Shown here: positions 1 through 11,929 of the stretch, one piece after another
Position numbering within the stretch: position 1 is the stretch's first letter
Layout of the letters: each line of letters opens with the position of its first letter
NCBI GenBank assembly: GCA_028023455.1
Contig: JAQFVV010000007.1
Location: 7,626,001 to 7,690,000, forward strand
Source of the DNA: Epiperipatus broadwayi
Taxonomy: Eukaryota; Animalia; Onychophora
Reading direction: 5' to 3'
DNA length: 64,000 nucleotides
Translations under genes and position numbers: made by a program
The notes under the pieces: model-generated
Told to the model about the DNA's origin: nothing
The model's input: the letters and a program-made list of their open reading frames with translations, nothing else
Database searches by the model: none

Positions 1-1
1 G

Positions 2-401
2 TTTACACAGAGGCTAAACTCTCCATACAGTAGTGTCACTCAATGCAAGCCAGAGTAATCAATGGATACAAGGTTTGTGCAAAAAATCCCTATCTAGTGC
101 CTATTCATCCAATATCCCCAGACTAGTCTCTAGCTTGTGACTTTCACCACTGAAGAGTCTTGGATCTGAGAGCACTGCGCCTAGATCTTAAGCTGGAGGA
201 TGCATTAAATCCTAAGATCTAAGTGCAATGCTCTCAGATCCAAGGCTCCTCAGTGGTGAAAGCCATAAGGTAAAAATTAGTCTGGGGATATTGGATGAGT
301 AGGCACTACATATGGATTTTATGCAAAACCTTCACATCCATTGATTATTCTGGCTTGCATTGGGTGGCACTACTGCATGGAGAGTTTTAGCCTCTGCGTA
401 A
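2..401. repeat. ~400-bp fold-back (arms 2-190 and 213-401) made of two inverted arms, each carrying a decayed hammerhead motif; PLE pseudo-LTR-derived
   Basis: The start tttacacagaggctaaactctcc is the reverse complement of ggagagttttagcctctgcgtaa at ~379-401, and pairing continues to the 22-nt loop at 191-212. The right arm reads ctca-GTGGTGA-aagc-cata-aggt-a-AAAA-ttagtc-tgggg (~249-297), a decayed form of the HHR seen at 6093-6136 and 35152-35190. The left arm may extend beyond the window edge. Confidence 0.85.
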
Positions 402-1114
402 TAATCTATTTATTGTTAATTTATATTATTTTTATTTTCTTAAAAAATATGTAATTATTATGAGAGTAAATAGTGACACATTAGAAAATTTTGAAGGTGA
501 TACAGAATAGAAATGTTTTTGAATGAGGAAGCTAAAATAAAAATGTTGAAAAGTACATAAACTTAAGTAAAAAAAAAAAAAACATAAAATGTGAGTAGTG
601 AAAAAACATTCAATATAAATATAAGATTAATATGATAAATAACAGTGCAAAAGGTAAGACAATACAAAATTATATAAAAGAGTAATGTTTGAATGGTCTC
701 TACTGAATTAAATATTGAAAAAGTCATTCTGAAAGTAATCATTTGTTTTATTAAAACATGTTTGGAGGCATCATGACATTTTATATGCCACTAACTTTAG
801 AAGGCTCATGTGTACATAAATAAAATGTCTACTAAATATTGCCTTTGCCAGAACTTTAAATTTAATATTCATGACTTTAAAGATCCCTGATTTGATTCTG
901 TCATTGGTCATGTCTGCAACCTGAAGTAGAAAGGAGAGGAATATAACTCAATGTATTATAATCTATGTATTATTAGTAACAGTTAAATGTATTTTTATAA
1001 CTAAAGAAATTTAACAATTAATATTACATGACAGAAATAATCCAATCTATAGTTCCATCTATAATACCATCACAAAAACTTACATAATAACATTATAAGA
1101 GATTGTGATTTGAT

Positions 1115-1150
1115 CCAACTGAAGAGTATTGGTTCAGCATGAAGTATGGA
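1115..1150 (+). ncRNA. Decayed hammerhead ribozyme motif, family B
   Basis: ccaa-CTGAAGA-gtattg-gtt-cagcat-GAAG; homologous to the motifs at 3906, 32085 and 56017. Confidence 0.5.
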
Positions 1151-1914
1151 AGTCATACATCTTTTCCACATATCATTATTTTTAATATTTTATTTAAATT
1201 AATAGATATTTAATTTTAAACTTATATGCATAATAAAAAAAATTTACAATTGGGAAAAAAGATAAAATGAAATGTAAACAACATCACATAATTATTTACA
1301 TGCTTATTTGCATATTTCCAAGACAGTTATCTTCATCCTAATCTAAAGCCATTTACTATAAAGTTGAGTAATTAATGACCATAATTTGTTGTACTGCTAT
1401 AAAATCCTCATCTTCTGATTGATCATTTTCTGATATTTATCTTTATTAGTGAATCATAGCAGCTAAAGATTGATTTAATGTACAGAAAACTGTGGTTCAC
1501 ATTTAAAATTCGTAATTTTTAGATCCAAGATTATCATATTAATGAAGCAATGTGTTACAATTACTAAAAAAAGAATTATGATTGTTTTTCCAGTAATGAC
1601 TTTATTATCAATGATTTGATGAAAAGAAAACACATGATATAATCTATTTGGCAAAATAATAAACTAAATCTGGAAGGTAAAATTCAATGATTGATAAGAT
1701 TTTAAAATGATTTGTTGATAAATATTGTAAAGAAAATATTGTAGTCACTCTAGATCTTTTTTCAGTACATTCAAACCAACATATGGACTTGAGAAATAGT
1801 ATCACAAAACTATTATATCCAGCAATGTAATTTTCCAATTTGTGATAAACATGTTTTAAACAAACGGAAGGAGTATTTTGATCATCTTTTATATAATGAT
1901 ACTAGAAGTGAGAT

Positions 1915-2150
1915 AATGATGAGATATCTGGAGAAGTGTTAAAATATAATGGTGATATTTTAGCATCTAATTATTGGATTTTTTTAAAGGAATATATAGA
2001 CTCATGAAGTTATGCCATCTGGTTGATCTTAAGGATGTTTCTATTGTTCCAAATAGATAAGATTGTAACAATTATTGTGGAATAGCATCAGTATTCACTA
2101 CAGTGACGATCCAACAATAACTGGAATTTTGTAAGAAAAAATGGTATATA
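1915..2150 (+). mobile_element. RTE-clade LINE RT N-terminal fragment (degenerate)
   Basis: Manual translation gives DEISGEVLKYNGDILAS and, after a frameshift, DCNNYCGIASV, resembling the non-LTR RT motifs DxIxxExLK and CxNYRGISLL. Confidence 0.55.
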
Positions 2151-2240
2151 CTTTTTAGGTATTGCAAATTTAATCTCTTTAAAAAGTATAATATATTTAA
2201 TGCAATTCACTGGTGTAAACCTGTTTTCATTTTTTGAAGT

Positions 2241-2385
2241 ATGGAAATACTTGCAAAGTAATGCACTTTAACATCTAAGTCATCACCCCTCTTCCAATTC
2301 TAAGTTCACTATGTGGAAATACTTGCAAGGTGATGAATTTTAAGATCTCTGTCATCCCGACTCCCCTAGATCTATGTCTGCAAAA
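2241..2385. repeat. Diverged tandem duplication, two ~72-bp units
   Basis: tggaaatacttgcaaagtaatgcactttaacatctaagtcatc versus tggaaatacttgcaaggtgatgaattttaagatctctgtcatc. Confidence 0.7.
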
Positions 2386-2394
2386 AAAGAGATA

Positions 2395-2940
2395 ATTTTT
2401 CATTCAAGAAATTAAAAAAAATCCCATGAAGCAAGATCGAGCAAATACAGCTGATAGATAAGCTGGGTCATGCTGAATTTAATTAAAAAGTGTTTCACAC
2501 CCAAGGCTTTGAAAGATGACACTTTGTTGGGCTGGAAATCTAATTCTTTTCTTTTCCATCAAATGGGATGTTTACATTTTACCACATCATGTAAATGTTT
2601 CAGAACTTGCAGATAAAATGCCTGACTATTATGAACAAAATTAGAGAAAAAAATATTTGCCTCAAAACAAACGTCAGCATTGTTTTGACTTTGGACTTCA
2701 CTTGCAAAGAGATGTGGAAAATTTAACATTTCAATTAAACCATTCAATAACTTGTGTTTATATAAGATCAGCTTGCTTATAATCTGTTTCAAGCATTACA
2801 ACAGTTTTCCTGCCATTTACTGTAAACGAGAACAGAATTTCACATTGTTTAACTTTTTTAAACTTTGTAAAAAAATGACAAATACATGAAACACATTTTA
2901 CAAAAGCATGTGCTTCATGGTCCCACAATTTTGCATGGCA
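2395..2940 (-). mobile_element. Mariner transposase remnant
   Basis: ORF 2559-2792 ends FVHNSQAFYLQVLKHLHDVVKCKHPI, matching the mariner NxxFYLEVLKRLRDAVRRKRP block. It is followed by LYLLDLASWDFF, matching YSPDLAPxDFF. Confidence 0.75.
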
Positions 2941-2944
2941 ATGT

Positions 2945-3620
2945 CATTTGGAAGACTGATGCAGAATGATTCCTGAAAATAGTATGTGACAGCTGAAGTA
3001 TATACTACAAAAGATGCACAAACCAGAAAATGGTTCTGGTTATTTTATGCCCCCCTAATAGTCTTAATAGTTATTAGAGAATTAAGATGGCTTTAGAGAA
3101 TAAAGATGCATTATAGATATGGTTTTTGTTGCGAGGCCAATCAAGAAATGTCTAAGTAACAAAAAAGTCATGTATGTACTGCTTTTATTCTTTTGGTCAA
3201 GGCATTTGATGGCTGCCCACCAAAATTTATTCTTATACTGCTACTACATGATGGAATGAATGGAATTGTTATTATTACAAATGGAAAGTCTGAGACATTT
3301 GAAATAAAAACGTGTAAAAGAATGATGTGTAGTTCGGTCTACATTGTTTTCAGTTTTTATGACAACTGTCTTTTGAACTATTTATAAATAGTTTAGTGAA
3401 ACAAATACCAAGATGCAATACAGGTTTGACGATGGAATTTTTATATTAAATAAATTAAAAGCAAAACGAGAAGTTCATATTCTTGGATTCAGGATTATAG
3501 TATGCTGATGATCATGTTACTTTTGCCAATTCAAAAGACGATTTATAAAATATACTTAATGTTTTGAATGCAACATATAAAGATAATGTTCAAAAAATCC
3601 AAAATCTATATCAGCCAACA
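2945..3620 (+). mobile_element. RTE-clade LINE reverse transcriptase remnant
   Basis: QEMSK*QKSHVCTAFILLVKAFD (like QEKxxEQxxxLYxAFIDLxKAFD), then LNKLKAKREV and YADDHVTFANSKDDL (tatgctgatgat at ~3502). Confidence 0.8.
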
Positions 3621-3889
3621 AAAAAAGAAAGATTCCCAATAAGTACGCATGGGAGAAAGATAAACGTAAATAGTCATGTGTGTGTGTGTGCTGTAAATCA
3701 GATATATTAATCTTTAACTTGGATTAAAGTTTATATCTGTGCTAGAGAAAATCTCTAGTTTAATAATGATTATTAGTAATAATCATTACGAATTTATCAA
3801 GTTGTGAGTGGAGTAAATTGACGCTTGAAAATAAAAATGAGACAATTTGCTCTACATAAGTACTCTACATGTAATAAAGATATATATGA

Positions 3890-3924
3890 GAGATGATGAC
3901 CTGGCCCAACTGATGAGTGCTGGT
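3890..3924 (+). ncRNA. 5' half of family B hammerhead (element terminus)
   Basis: gatgacctggcccaa-CTGATGA-gtgctggt; homology to the full motif stops inside the stem II loop at 3924. Confidence 0.6.
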
Positions 3925-4189
3925 TTGGGATTATTTGTATTTTATTGTATCTTTATTTGTATGAAATTATTTATGAAATAAAAAAGAATGGAGAAATATG
4001 GAAGTTGTCTAATCTATAAATAAAAAAAAAACTTGAGTAGTTATAAACATGAGAATGTATTAAATTTAAATATTTTGGTGATTTTATGTGACTGGTGAGC
4101 TTGGATGTTAAAATGAAACATAGACACCCATGTCTGATAGTGCTATTAACAAGTTAATGATAGAATATTTCATCACAAAAAAATAACTA

Positions 4190-4280
4190 GCGTTGGTGGC
4201 TCAGTTGGCAGTACAGCAGCCTTACAAGCAGTTGTCCTGGGTTCGCTCACTGGCCAATGCTTTGACACATGAAAAAAAAC
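4190..4280 (+). mobile_element. Short tRNA-derived SINE
   Basis: gcgttgg/ccaatgc acceptor stem, A-box tggctcagttgg, B-box-like ggttcgctcac, then tgacacatg plus an A-tail; homologous to 54039-54154. Confidence 0.75.
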
Positions 4281-6020
4281 TAATGTAACTAAGTTAGCTA
4301 TATGTAGAGCTGTTATTTGATCATACTTGGACTCTCTATCTATGCACTATAAAAGCATTAGAAAAGTTTCATTTAAAGGATGTTCCATAAAATGTTTAAA
4401 AATACAATCACGGGATTTTAAAACTAGTCAATATGTTCTTCAACTTGCTGAACACAAAGGTATAAAATAGAGTGTAATCACATCTTTATTGGATTGAATA
4501 TGTAAAACAAATGAGCAATGCAAAGTTTCCTAACAAGGTGTCTTAATTAAGATAAATAGGAACATTGTTTTTGATATAAGAATGACCTGGAAGTTATTTT
4601 TAAAAAATGTGATGTGGATTGTTTCCATTGGAGAAAATATGACAGGAAATAAAATACATTGGAGAGCTACAATTAGATATAGTGCTGAAGTACTTCAGAA
4701 ATAACAATTTTTTGCTGAAGAGAGTCATGTAAGCTGAAAATGGATCAGCATAGTCTATATTCAGATAGGTGTAATGGTGATTTACAGATTGGTTTGTATA
4801 AGCATGGCAAAAATTATTACTATAAAACTATTTTATCTTTCAGTTCTTTTTTTATATGAGAGTTAGAATGGCAATACTCTTTTAGAAAGAGGGTTTATGT
4901 TACATTATTTATATCATTTATTCAAACAAAACATCAAAATGTGCTAAAATATTAATCTAAGAAAAGTCATTTTATTTACAGAAACTGAAAATTTAACAAA
5001 TTTAAAAAACATTTTTAATTTATCAATCCATTAAATTAATTGTTTGGCTAATTGTTTTGATGCAGTGTTTGAATAGAAAACTCTGATGGTCAATGTTCGT
5101 GGATCACAACCTCAGATTCATCATTTCTAGAAGTCAAAATTGTTATGAACTCCCAAATAGTAAAGGCATTTGCTTGCTATTGGTTAATTTTATATAAAAT
5201 TGTATGGATTTTCTACTGTCTATAATTATGAACTTCCAATTTTGAGATCCATCTTGAAATAGTAAAAAAAACTATTGCAATGTAAAGGAGAAATAGTTGC
5301 TCGTACAATTTTCAAAATCAATATAAATGTAAATAGAAAGTTCTATGTAAGATAATTTGCAATACCAAGCCTAACTTTGGAAACAATAGATATATTGTTT
5401 GCCAGATGTTCTGATTAATTAAATTTACTATCCAGTCACCTTCACTTTGTCAACAATTGTCAATACATTTGAGAAGGCTTATACATAAAAATACCTGATA
5501 TTTATAGATATTATTTTATTTGATCTCCCAAATTAGAAAACAAACAAATTACTACTAGAAATCTTCAGCAATCATAGTAATTACATTTGTTTATTTTAAA
5601 TGTTAATTTCCATGTTTAATTATGCATTACTTTAAAGTGAATTACTTTATTGCTTAAGGGTTTATAAGTTGGAGTGGTCTAAAAGCCATACATGTGGAGC
5701 TCCAGATTGCACCACCTTACTACTACCCTGAACAATGCAGGGCATAAAGATATTATAAGAGATTTCTTTACAATTGTGATGTATTATATTTATTGGGAAT
5801 CTATCTATATCCTATTGATAACAATTAATATTTGGGGGGGAAATCCAAAATAATCTATATTTGATGCTCAAAAAAAAACCAACAACATAAATTTGACCAA
5901 CAGACATTGAATTAAAATGTCACTAAATACTTTAAAGAGTTTAATGATCCAATAGAAATGCAAAAACCGCAAACTATTTACAACAGTAACAAACACTCCA
6001 TACAGTTTTGCCATCAAATT

Positions 6021-6234
6021 CAAGCCATGGGTAATCAATGGATGCAAAAAGATTTGTTCATAAAATCCCTATCTAGTGCCTACTCATCCAATATTTCCAG
6101 ACTAGTTTCTAACTTGTGGCTTTCATCAGTGAGAAGTCATAAGGTAGAAATTAGTCTGAGGATGTTAGATGAGTAGACACTAAATAAAGATTTTGTGCAC
6201 AAATTTTCATGTATCCATTACTTACTATGGCTTG
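6021..6234. repeat. 214-bp fold-back of the same family as 2-401, with a hammerhead core on the minus strand
   Basis: caagccatgggtaatcaatggat pairs with atccattacttactatggcttg. Minus strand 6136-6093 reads ttctca-CTGATGA-aagc-caca-agtt-a-GAAA-ctagtc-tggaa. Confidence 0.85.
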
Positions 6235-7759
6235 TACCAAATGCCATTAGTAGCATTAGAAATGGTGATTGTATGATGTTTAAAGGTTTAAACAAACTAT
6301 TTCAAATGATGGAAATAATAGAAAATGCTTTAGAAATTTCCTTATCAAAGATTGGTTGTTGTATCCAGAATATTCTACACAATCAGAACTGACATGTGAT
6401 AGCAATATGAATCTAAAACTTCAGTTAAAAGTTAATTCTAACCCAACTATTTCCAACAAAGTATGGATGTTGTGCTATTTTCAATGTCATTACTTTAAGA
6501 GTCTACTAAATCAGAAACTATGCAAAATGTTGCATCAACATTCTGCATGTCCACATTTAGTCTTATTACTTATGTGTTTATTAAGTCTGGCACAATATTT
6601 ACTTATCTTGTGTCTAATATCATTTTGGAATTAGAAACTGCAAAAAGAAAATAGCTATAAGAATAACCAGAGTTTAAAATGTGCTGAAATATTTAGTAAA
6701 TCACTATCTTACTCTTTTCTTGCTAATTAAACAAATAATTTATTTTACATATCCTAAAGTTTTACACAGAAGAAAATAATCATAAATTGCTCTCATATAA
6801 TTTGTTGATAATTTTATAAATAGGAAGATTATTATTCACATAAATGCTATAATAGAGTGACAGATTAGAGAATTCAAGGTCCAACACTGCTACTTCTGAT
6901 AAACAAGGAGTTATGGCCTCTGAAGGTCCATGTCAGTAGATTGTGATACCAAGCCTGTCATGGGTAGTATTAAAACTTTTTATAAACTCTCAAATCATAA
7001 ACAAATTGGTTTAGTGCAGTTTAAATGCAGCAGACTTGGAGAGTCTTAGAGTCCATTGATGAAGGTTATGACAATGTTACTTCCATTACTCAAATTTGTT
7101 GAAAACTTCAGACCAACAAACCATTTGATTTGCCAATTAATGATCATGATTTAGTTCCTTCACCCCTGGGTCTTGGACTTCTTATGAATCCCTGAACAAT
7201 AAACCATGAGATAATTTTTTTCTCTGCATGACTTATTTCAGTGATATACTGTTGGATCCTAGCCTTCAAAGTCCATGGATTGTAACTCCAGCTCTGTCAC
7301 TCTTGATGGTGATTCTTATGAACTCCTAACTAATAAACTGTTTGATTATATATAAAGCCAAGCTTGTTTACTTTCTAGATTCTGAGTGGATATCTAAAAA
7401 TTTCCATCCAGAGGAAAACCAGAGCAAAACAAAAAAATCACCAATTTTTCACAATTTGCAAATCTTCATTAATTTTATTCATGCCTTCTTGGAAATCCTA
7501 GAGTTGAAAAGACATTTCATTAACTAAAGAATATTTAATTTTCTTATGAGAGGTCAACATCCACAAAAATATGACACTCCTCTTGCAAACCAGTTCTTGT
7601 GAGAGAGCATGATTGGATGGTTAACTTCAGTTGGTTATGAACTTCAAACCATGTACATTTGCTACCTAGTTTAAGATTAATTAATAGTAATATATTAAAA
7701 AAAAGTTAACAATTACAAATATATTGTTCAGATTGTAAATGCAGATAGAAACTTAAGCA

Positions 7760-8270
7760 TAGAATTAAATAGGAAGGGAATGATTTTGATGAAAACACGT
7801 TAGTATTAAATAGAAATATGCATGTGTTTGATTAATAAGATTTTTAGTGATTGAGGTTTACCAGTATTTACATAATGTTTTGAGACATGGATAATTTATG
7901 GAACAATATAAAAACTTAAAATTATACTGTGATGTATGGACAAATGAATATTGGGACTAAGGAGAAGGGATCAAAAGTGAAATTTGATAGAACAATTAGC
8001 TACCATGGTAGTAATCATGGCCATAACTAAAAGAATTATAGGGCAAAAATAGAGTTGGGCTGGACATGCTACTGAATACTTAAAATGGATTCTAATAGAT
8101 TGTAAAAAAAAAAATTCTGAAGAGAAATAGTGACAGAAGCTATGAATCTGAGAAGTAGATTAAAGTTGAAGAGATCTTCATCCTGCCATGAATCCATAAT
8201 GTTCAAAATGATGATGATTAATACTTTAATAATTATGTTTATAAATTTACTATTGTTAATGCAAATTGTC
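7760..8270 (+). mobile_element. RTE-clade LINE 3' fragment (degenerate)
   Basis: Nucleotide similarity to 11270-11640 and 49080-49565 (aaatatgcatgtgtttg, tgagacatgg, gttgggctggacatg), ending in a gatgatgat tail. Confidence 0.6.
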
Positions 8271-9166
8271 TGAACTTTTAGTTAAAAATATTATATATAT
8301 ATATGGCAATTTCATATTTACACATCGCTCATATATATATATTATATTCGTTAAGAAAGCTAGAACTAAATATTTCAAACTATTATTTATTACAACAGAC
8401 ACCCGTTAAGGATTAGTAAATTTCAGTAACAGTACTAACTAGTAATTATATTGGGTTATCTTAAAACTGCGGAATTTTAGCGAACAAAACTTATCACATT
8501 AAAAATGAATGAACCTCAAGTTTTATCCTTTTAACAGATATTCTCAGCCAGGAATCTGTTGTCATAGATAGGTGCTTTCAGTAATTTTAAGAGTTTAAAT
8601 GTTTAACTTGAATTACTCAAGAAAATTAACTTTGCAAAGAAAATCTATTATTGCAGCAAGCTGCCACTGATTAGAAAGTGCAGAATCTCTAAGAACCAGA
8701 ATCTAGACAAAAAGACAAGATTTTGAAAAGCTGGAAACCTAATTAGACGAAGCAAGAAAGTCTACAAATAAAGATGGCTTTTTTCAAATAAGATGGTCAT
8801 GATTCGTTATCATATGCCAGAATTCTCACACTATGGTAAAATGTTCACCGTATAGCTTAAAATGTTTTAACTGAAATCAATCAAGATTTAAAACTTCAAT
8901 TCTTTAAAACAGACTTTGTTTAATTCTTTCTAAAAATAACAAGAAAAGTTTGTAAAATTTAATTGGACTGTAATAATGATTCTAATTAATTATTACTAAT
9001 AATTTAATTCTTATCCAAAAATTAATATTATTATATTACAGTATATATGTCTTTGTTATAAAAATATTAAGACATCAATACAGCACTTTATTTGATGAAT
9101 TTTTGTTAAGCTAATATAGCGATTAATAATGTCTACCTTCCAAGCAAGGTCATGACTATTTTTCAG

Positions 9167-9213
9167 GTAGCTATGGTTACACAACTAGTTATTCCATATT
9201 TGTTAATAAATAG
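9167..9213 (+). promoter_or_regulatory. X-box-like motif (GTAGCTATGGTTAC, 9167-9180) followed by a consensus splice donor (AG|GTAAGT at 9213/9214); candidate first exon
   Basis: One mismatch to the RFX-type GTTGCTATGGTTAC; perfect donor; CpG-retaining sequence upstream at 8330-8860. Confidence 0.3.
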
Positions 9214-9789
9214 GTAAGTGTACAACTAATGTCAACTGTAAAATAGAAGAACAAAACAAAATTCTTCCTTCCAATCTACTCATATCCAATTTCTTTTCTA
9301 GCTTATAGAAAATCTGTATTTGTTATCATTAATTAATCTCCCTCATTTCTTTCCACTTGCATATCAACCACATAACTAATTAACGAATCCCAGATGGTTT
9401 GACCTGTTTTCATATTAAATTCAGAAGATTATCTATATTTAATGGTTATGCTGTCTGCCTTATAGCCATTCCAAACACCAAATAATTCCAAGCAACATTT
9501 GACAATTGTTATATACCAGATTCTAGGTCAATGTGTAACATAATTAAATTTACAATACAACATTACTTGAACACTCTCATTTTTAATGATATTAAATAGA
9601 TATGTCAAAATTATTTATTAATCATTTTATTAGCCTATAAATTATTTTAAAGTTCTGATACAAATTTTTAAACTCAATTATAATTAATATATCCAATTAT
9701 CAAACCCCAGCATGAATATTAAATCTACAATGAATATTATTCCTTTACATTCTATTTTTTCATGTCAAAACATAGTAAATGATATAATA

Positions 9790-10750
9790 ATTTAAATCTA
9801 TTATTATTAAGTGCCAAAATATCTGTAATTGTACAGAAGAAAATTAACATCTGATCATGCACTGTTTCTATAATTGTTGTAAATCTCCACACACTTACCA
9901 TCATTAAGTAAGAGTTTTAAAAACTTAAGTAAATCACTGAAGCTTAGAATGTATTCATATATACACTAATGCTTATTAACCATGCTTATATTAGAAATTG
10001 ATGTTATAGTTGACAATTGAATTGTGCAAATTTAGTTAATATATCACAGAGAAAAACAAAGTCTCATTTTTAACCACCTGCAATCAGACATACATTAATT
10101 ATGAATACATTTAAATCTACTATTATTAATTGTTGAACAATGTTGGACTATGCAGAAGAAAATTAATCCTCTATGATGTGCTGTTTTTGTAACTGTTATA
10201 AATCTCTGCACACTCACCTGTCAGTAAGAGTTTTAAAAGCTGAAGTGAATCCCTTAAGCTTAGGGTGTATTCAGTAAGAATTGGTGTATATATAAATATC
10301 TCTAAGCTTAAGTAATTCATGTAAGATTTTAAACTGATGGATAAGTCTATGAGATTTATAACAGTTATGAAGACAGCACTTGATTGGAAGTTAATTTCCT
10401 TCTGTGCAATTACATATTTTTCAGCACATAATAATAGTAGATTTATATGTATTCATAATTAATATATGTTTTAATTACAGGTGGTTAAAAATGAGACTCC
10501 ATCTTTCTTCTGTGATAGGTTAACTAAATTTGTACAATTCATTTACCAATTATGATGTCAGGCATACAATAGACTCAAGCCCTGATAAAAGCTAAGCCAG
10601 TAAGGGTTTGTGTATATATGAACATGCTCTAAGTTTAAGTGAGTCACTTAAATATTTAAAACTCTTCCTAATGGGTGAGTTCATGGAGATTTATCAATTA
10701 TAAAAACAGCACATGATCGAGGTTAATTTTCTTCTGCACAATGGAATAAT
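9790..10750. repeat. Family C pseudo-LTR array: ~319-bp tandem units plus an inverted set (head-to-head)
   Basis: tttaaatcta(t/c)tattattaa recurs at 9791 and 10110. ctcatttttaaccacctg (~10064) is inverted as caggtggttaaaaatgag (~10479). A GIY-YIG-like remnant (QTRRY, LNKD-like) follows at ~10790-10970. Confidence 0.75.
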
Positions 10751-11269
10751 AATTTATAGCCTAATAAAATTATTAGTAATAGTGTTTGACATATGCAAAC
10801 AAGAAGATATTGACAAAAATAAGTTTGTTTGAGTAATGTTACACTTGAAAACATAATTATAATAATATAAACTAGATAAATACTAAATTAAGATTGTAAA
10901 GATGTGCTTGAGTAAAGATTTAGACCTATTGATAAAAATAGATATTGGGGATTATTCATTTTTTACTTATGTCTTTATTCAAATATTTTAAGAGTGGCTG
11001 AATTTAGAACTTACAGTATGTAGCAATTATTTTATTCATAAGCAGAAAAAAGTAGAAAGTATTAAATGAATAATATTTATGCAGAGATTTAATAATTAAT
11101 ATGTCAATCTTTAGCTGAGTTTAGTCTCATTAAAAATGATATAATAATCTCTATCATAATAAAGACTAAGCATAATATTTAATATCTTTTCTAATACATT
11201 ACAATTTATAAAGCACAGCGCTATAAAAATAAATGCTTATTTAAATATCTTTTCTAAGAAAAACATAAA

Positions 11270-11640
11270 AAATAATGAATTAGAAGAAGTTAACAACCAC
11301 AAATACTTTGGTCATATTACTAATAAAGATAGCAACATAGTGAATAAAATTAATCATAAAATCAATGTTGAATAGAATTATTTCAGTAGAAATGAGTTAA
11401 TATTAAAAGGAAATATGCCTATGTGTTTGAAAAGGAATGTTATTAATAGATATGTTTTCCCCAAAATTTTTGCTTATAGATCTGAGACATAGACCCATAA
11501 CAGAACAACAAGGCATAAATTTTAAACCACTCAACAAGGTATGCAGAAATGTGTGTTGGAGGTAAGAAGAGAAAATGAAAAGTGAAGTATTAGGATCAGA
11601 GAATAATCAGGGATCAATGATCTGTGATATTATTGTGTCC
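11270..11640 (+). mobile_element. RTE-clade (BovB-like) LINE C-terminal fragment
   Basis: NNELEEVNNHKYFGHI...ILKGNMPMCLKRNVINRYVFP...YRSET*T...TTQQGMQKCVL matches the RTE post-RT region (LEEVxxYKYLG, LKRKVFNQCVLP, YGxETW). Confidence 0.8.
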
Positions 11641-11929
11641 AAATAAGAGAATTCAAGTAGTGTCACAATCATAAATTGTTTGTCATGGGTAAATACTAAA
11701 TTATCATGATAAAAGCATGTGTTGGAATGATCTGGACCTACTGATAATAATTGATTCTTTTAAAAATACACCATGAAGATATTTGTTTTTTTTTCTTATG
11801 TTTTGATTTATATGTTTTAAGAATTTATAATTTATAAATTTTATTGTATATAGTCAGTATTTATATCTATTAAAGTGTCTTTAGTGATAAACTAAGTGAT
11901 AGAACCTTTGGAACTTATATATATATATA

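Noticed and set aside
1640-1860. piggyBac-like peptide (SMIDKILK*FVDKY, TYGLEK)
   Set aside because: Too few conserved residues to separate from chance in AT-rich DNA.
6890-7640. Possible Tc1/mariner remnant
   Set aside because: Only vague SPDLN-like echoes; no catalytic motif readable.
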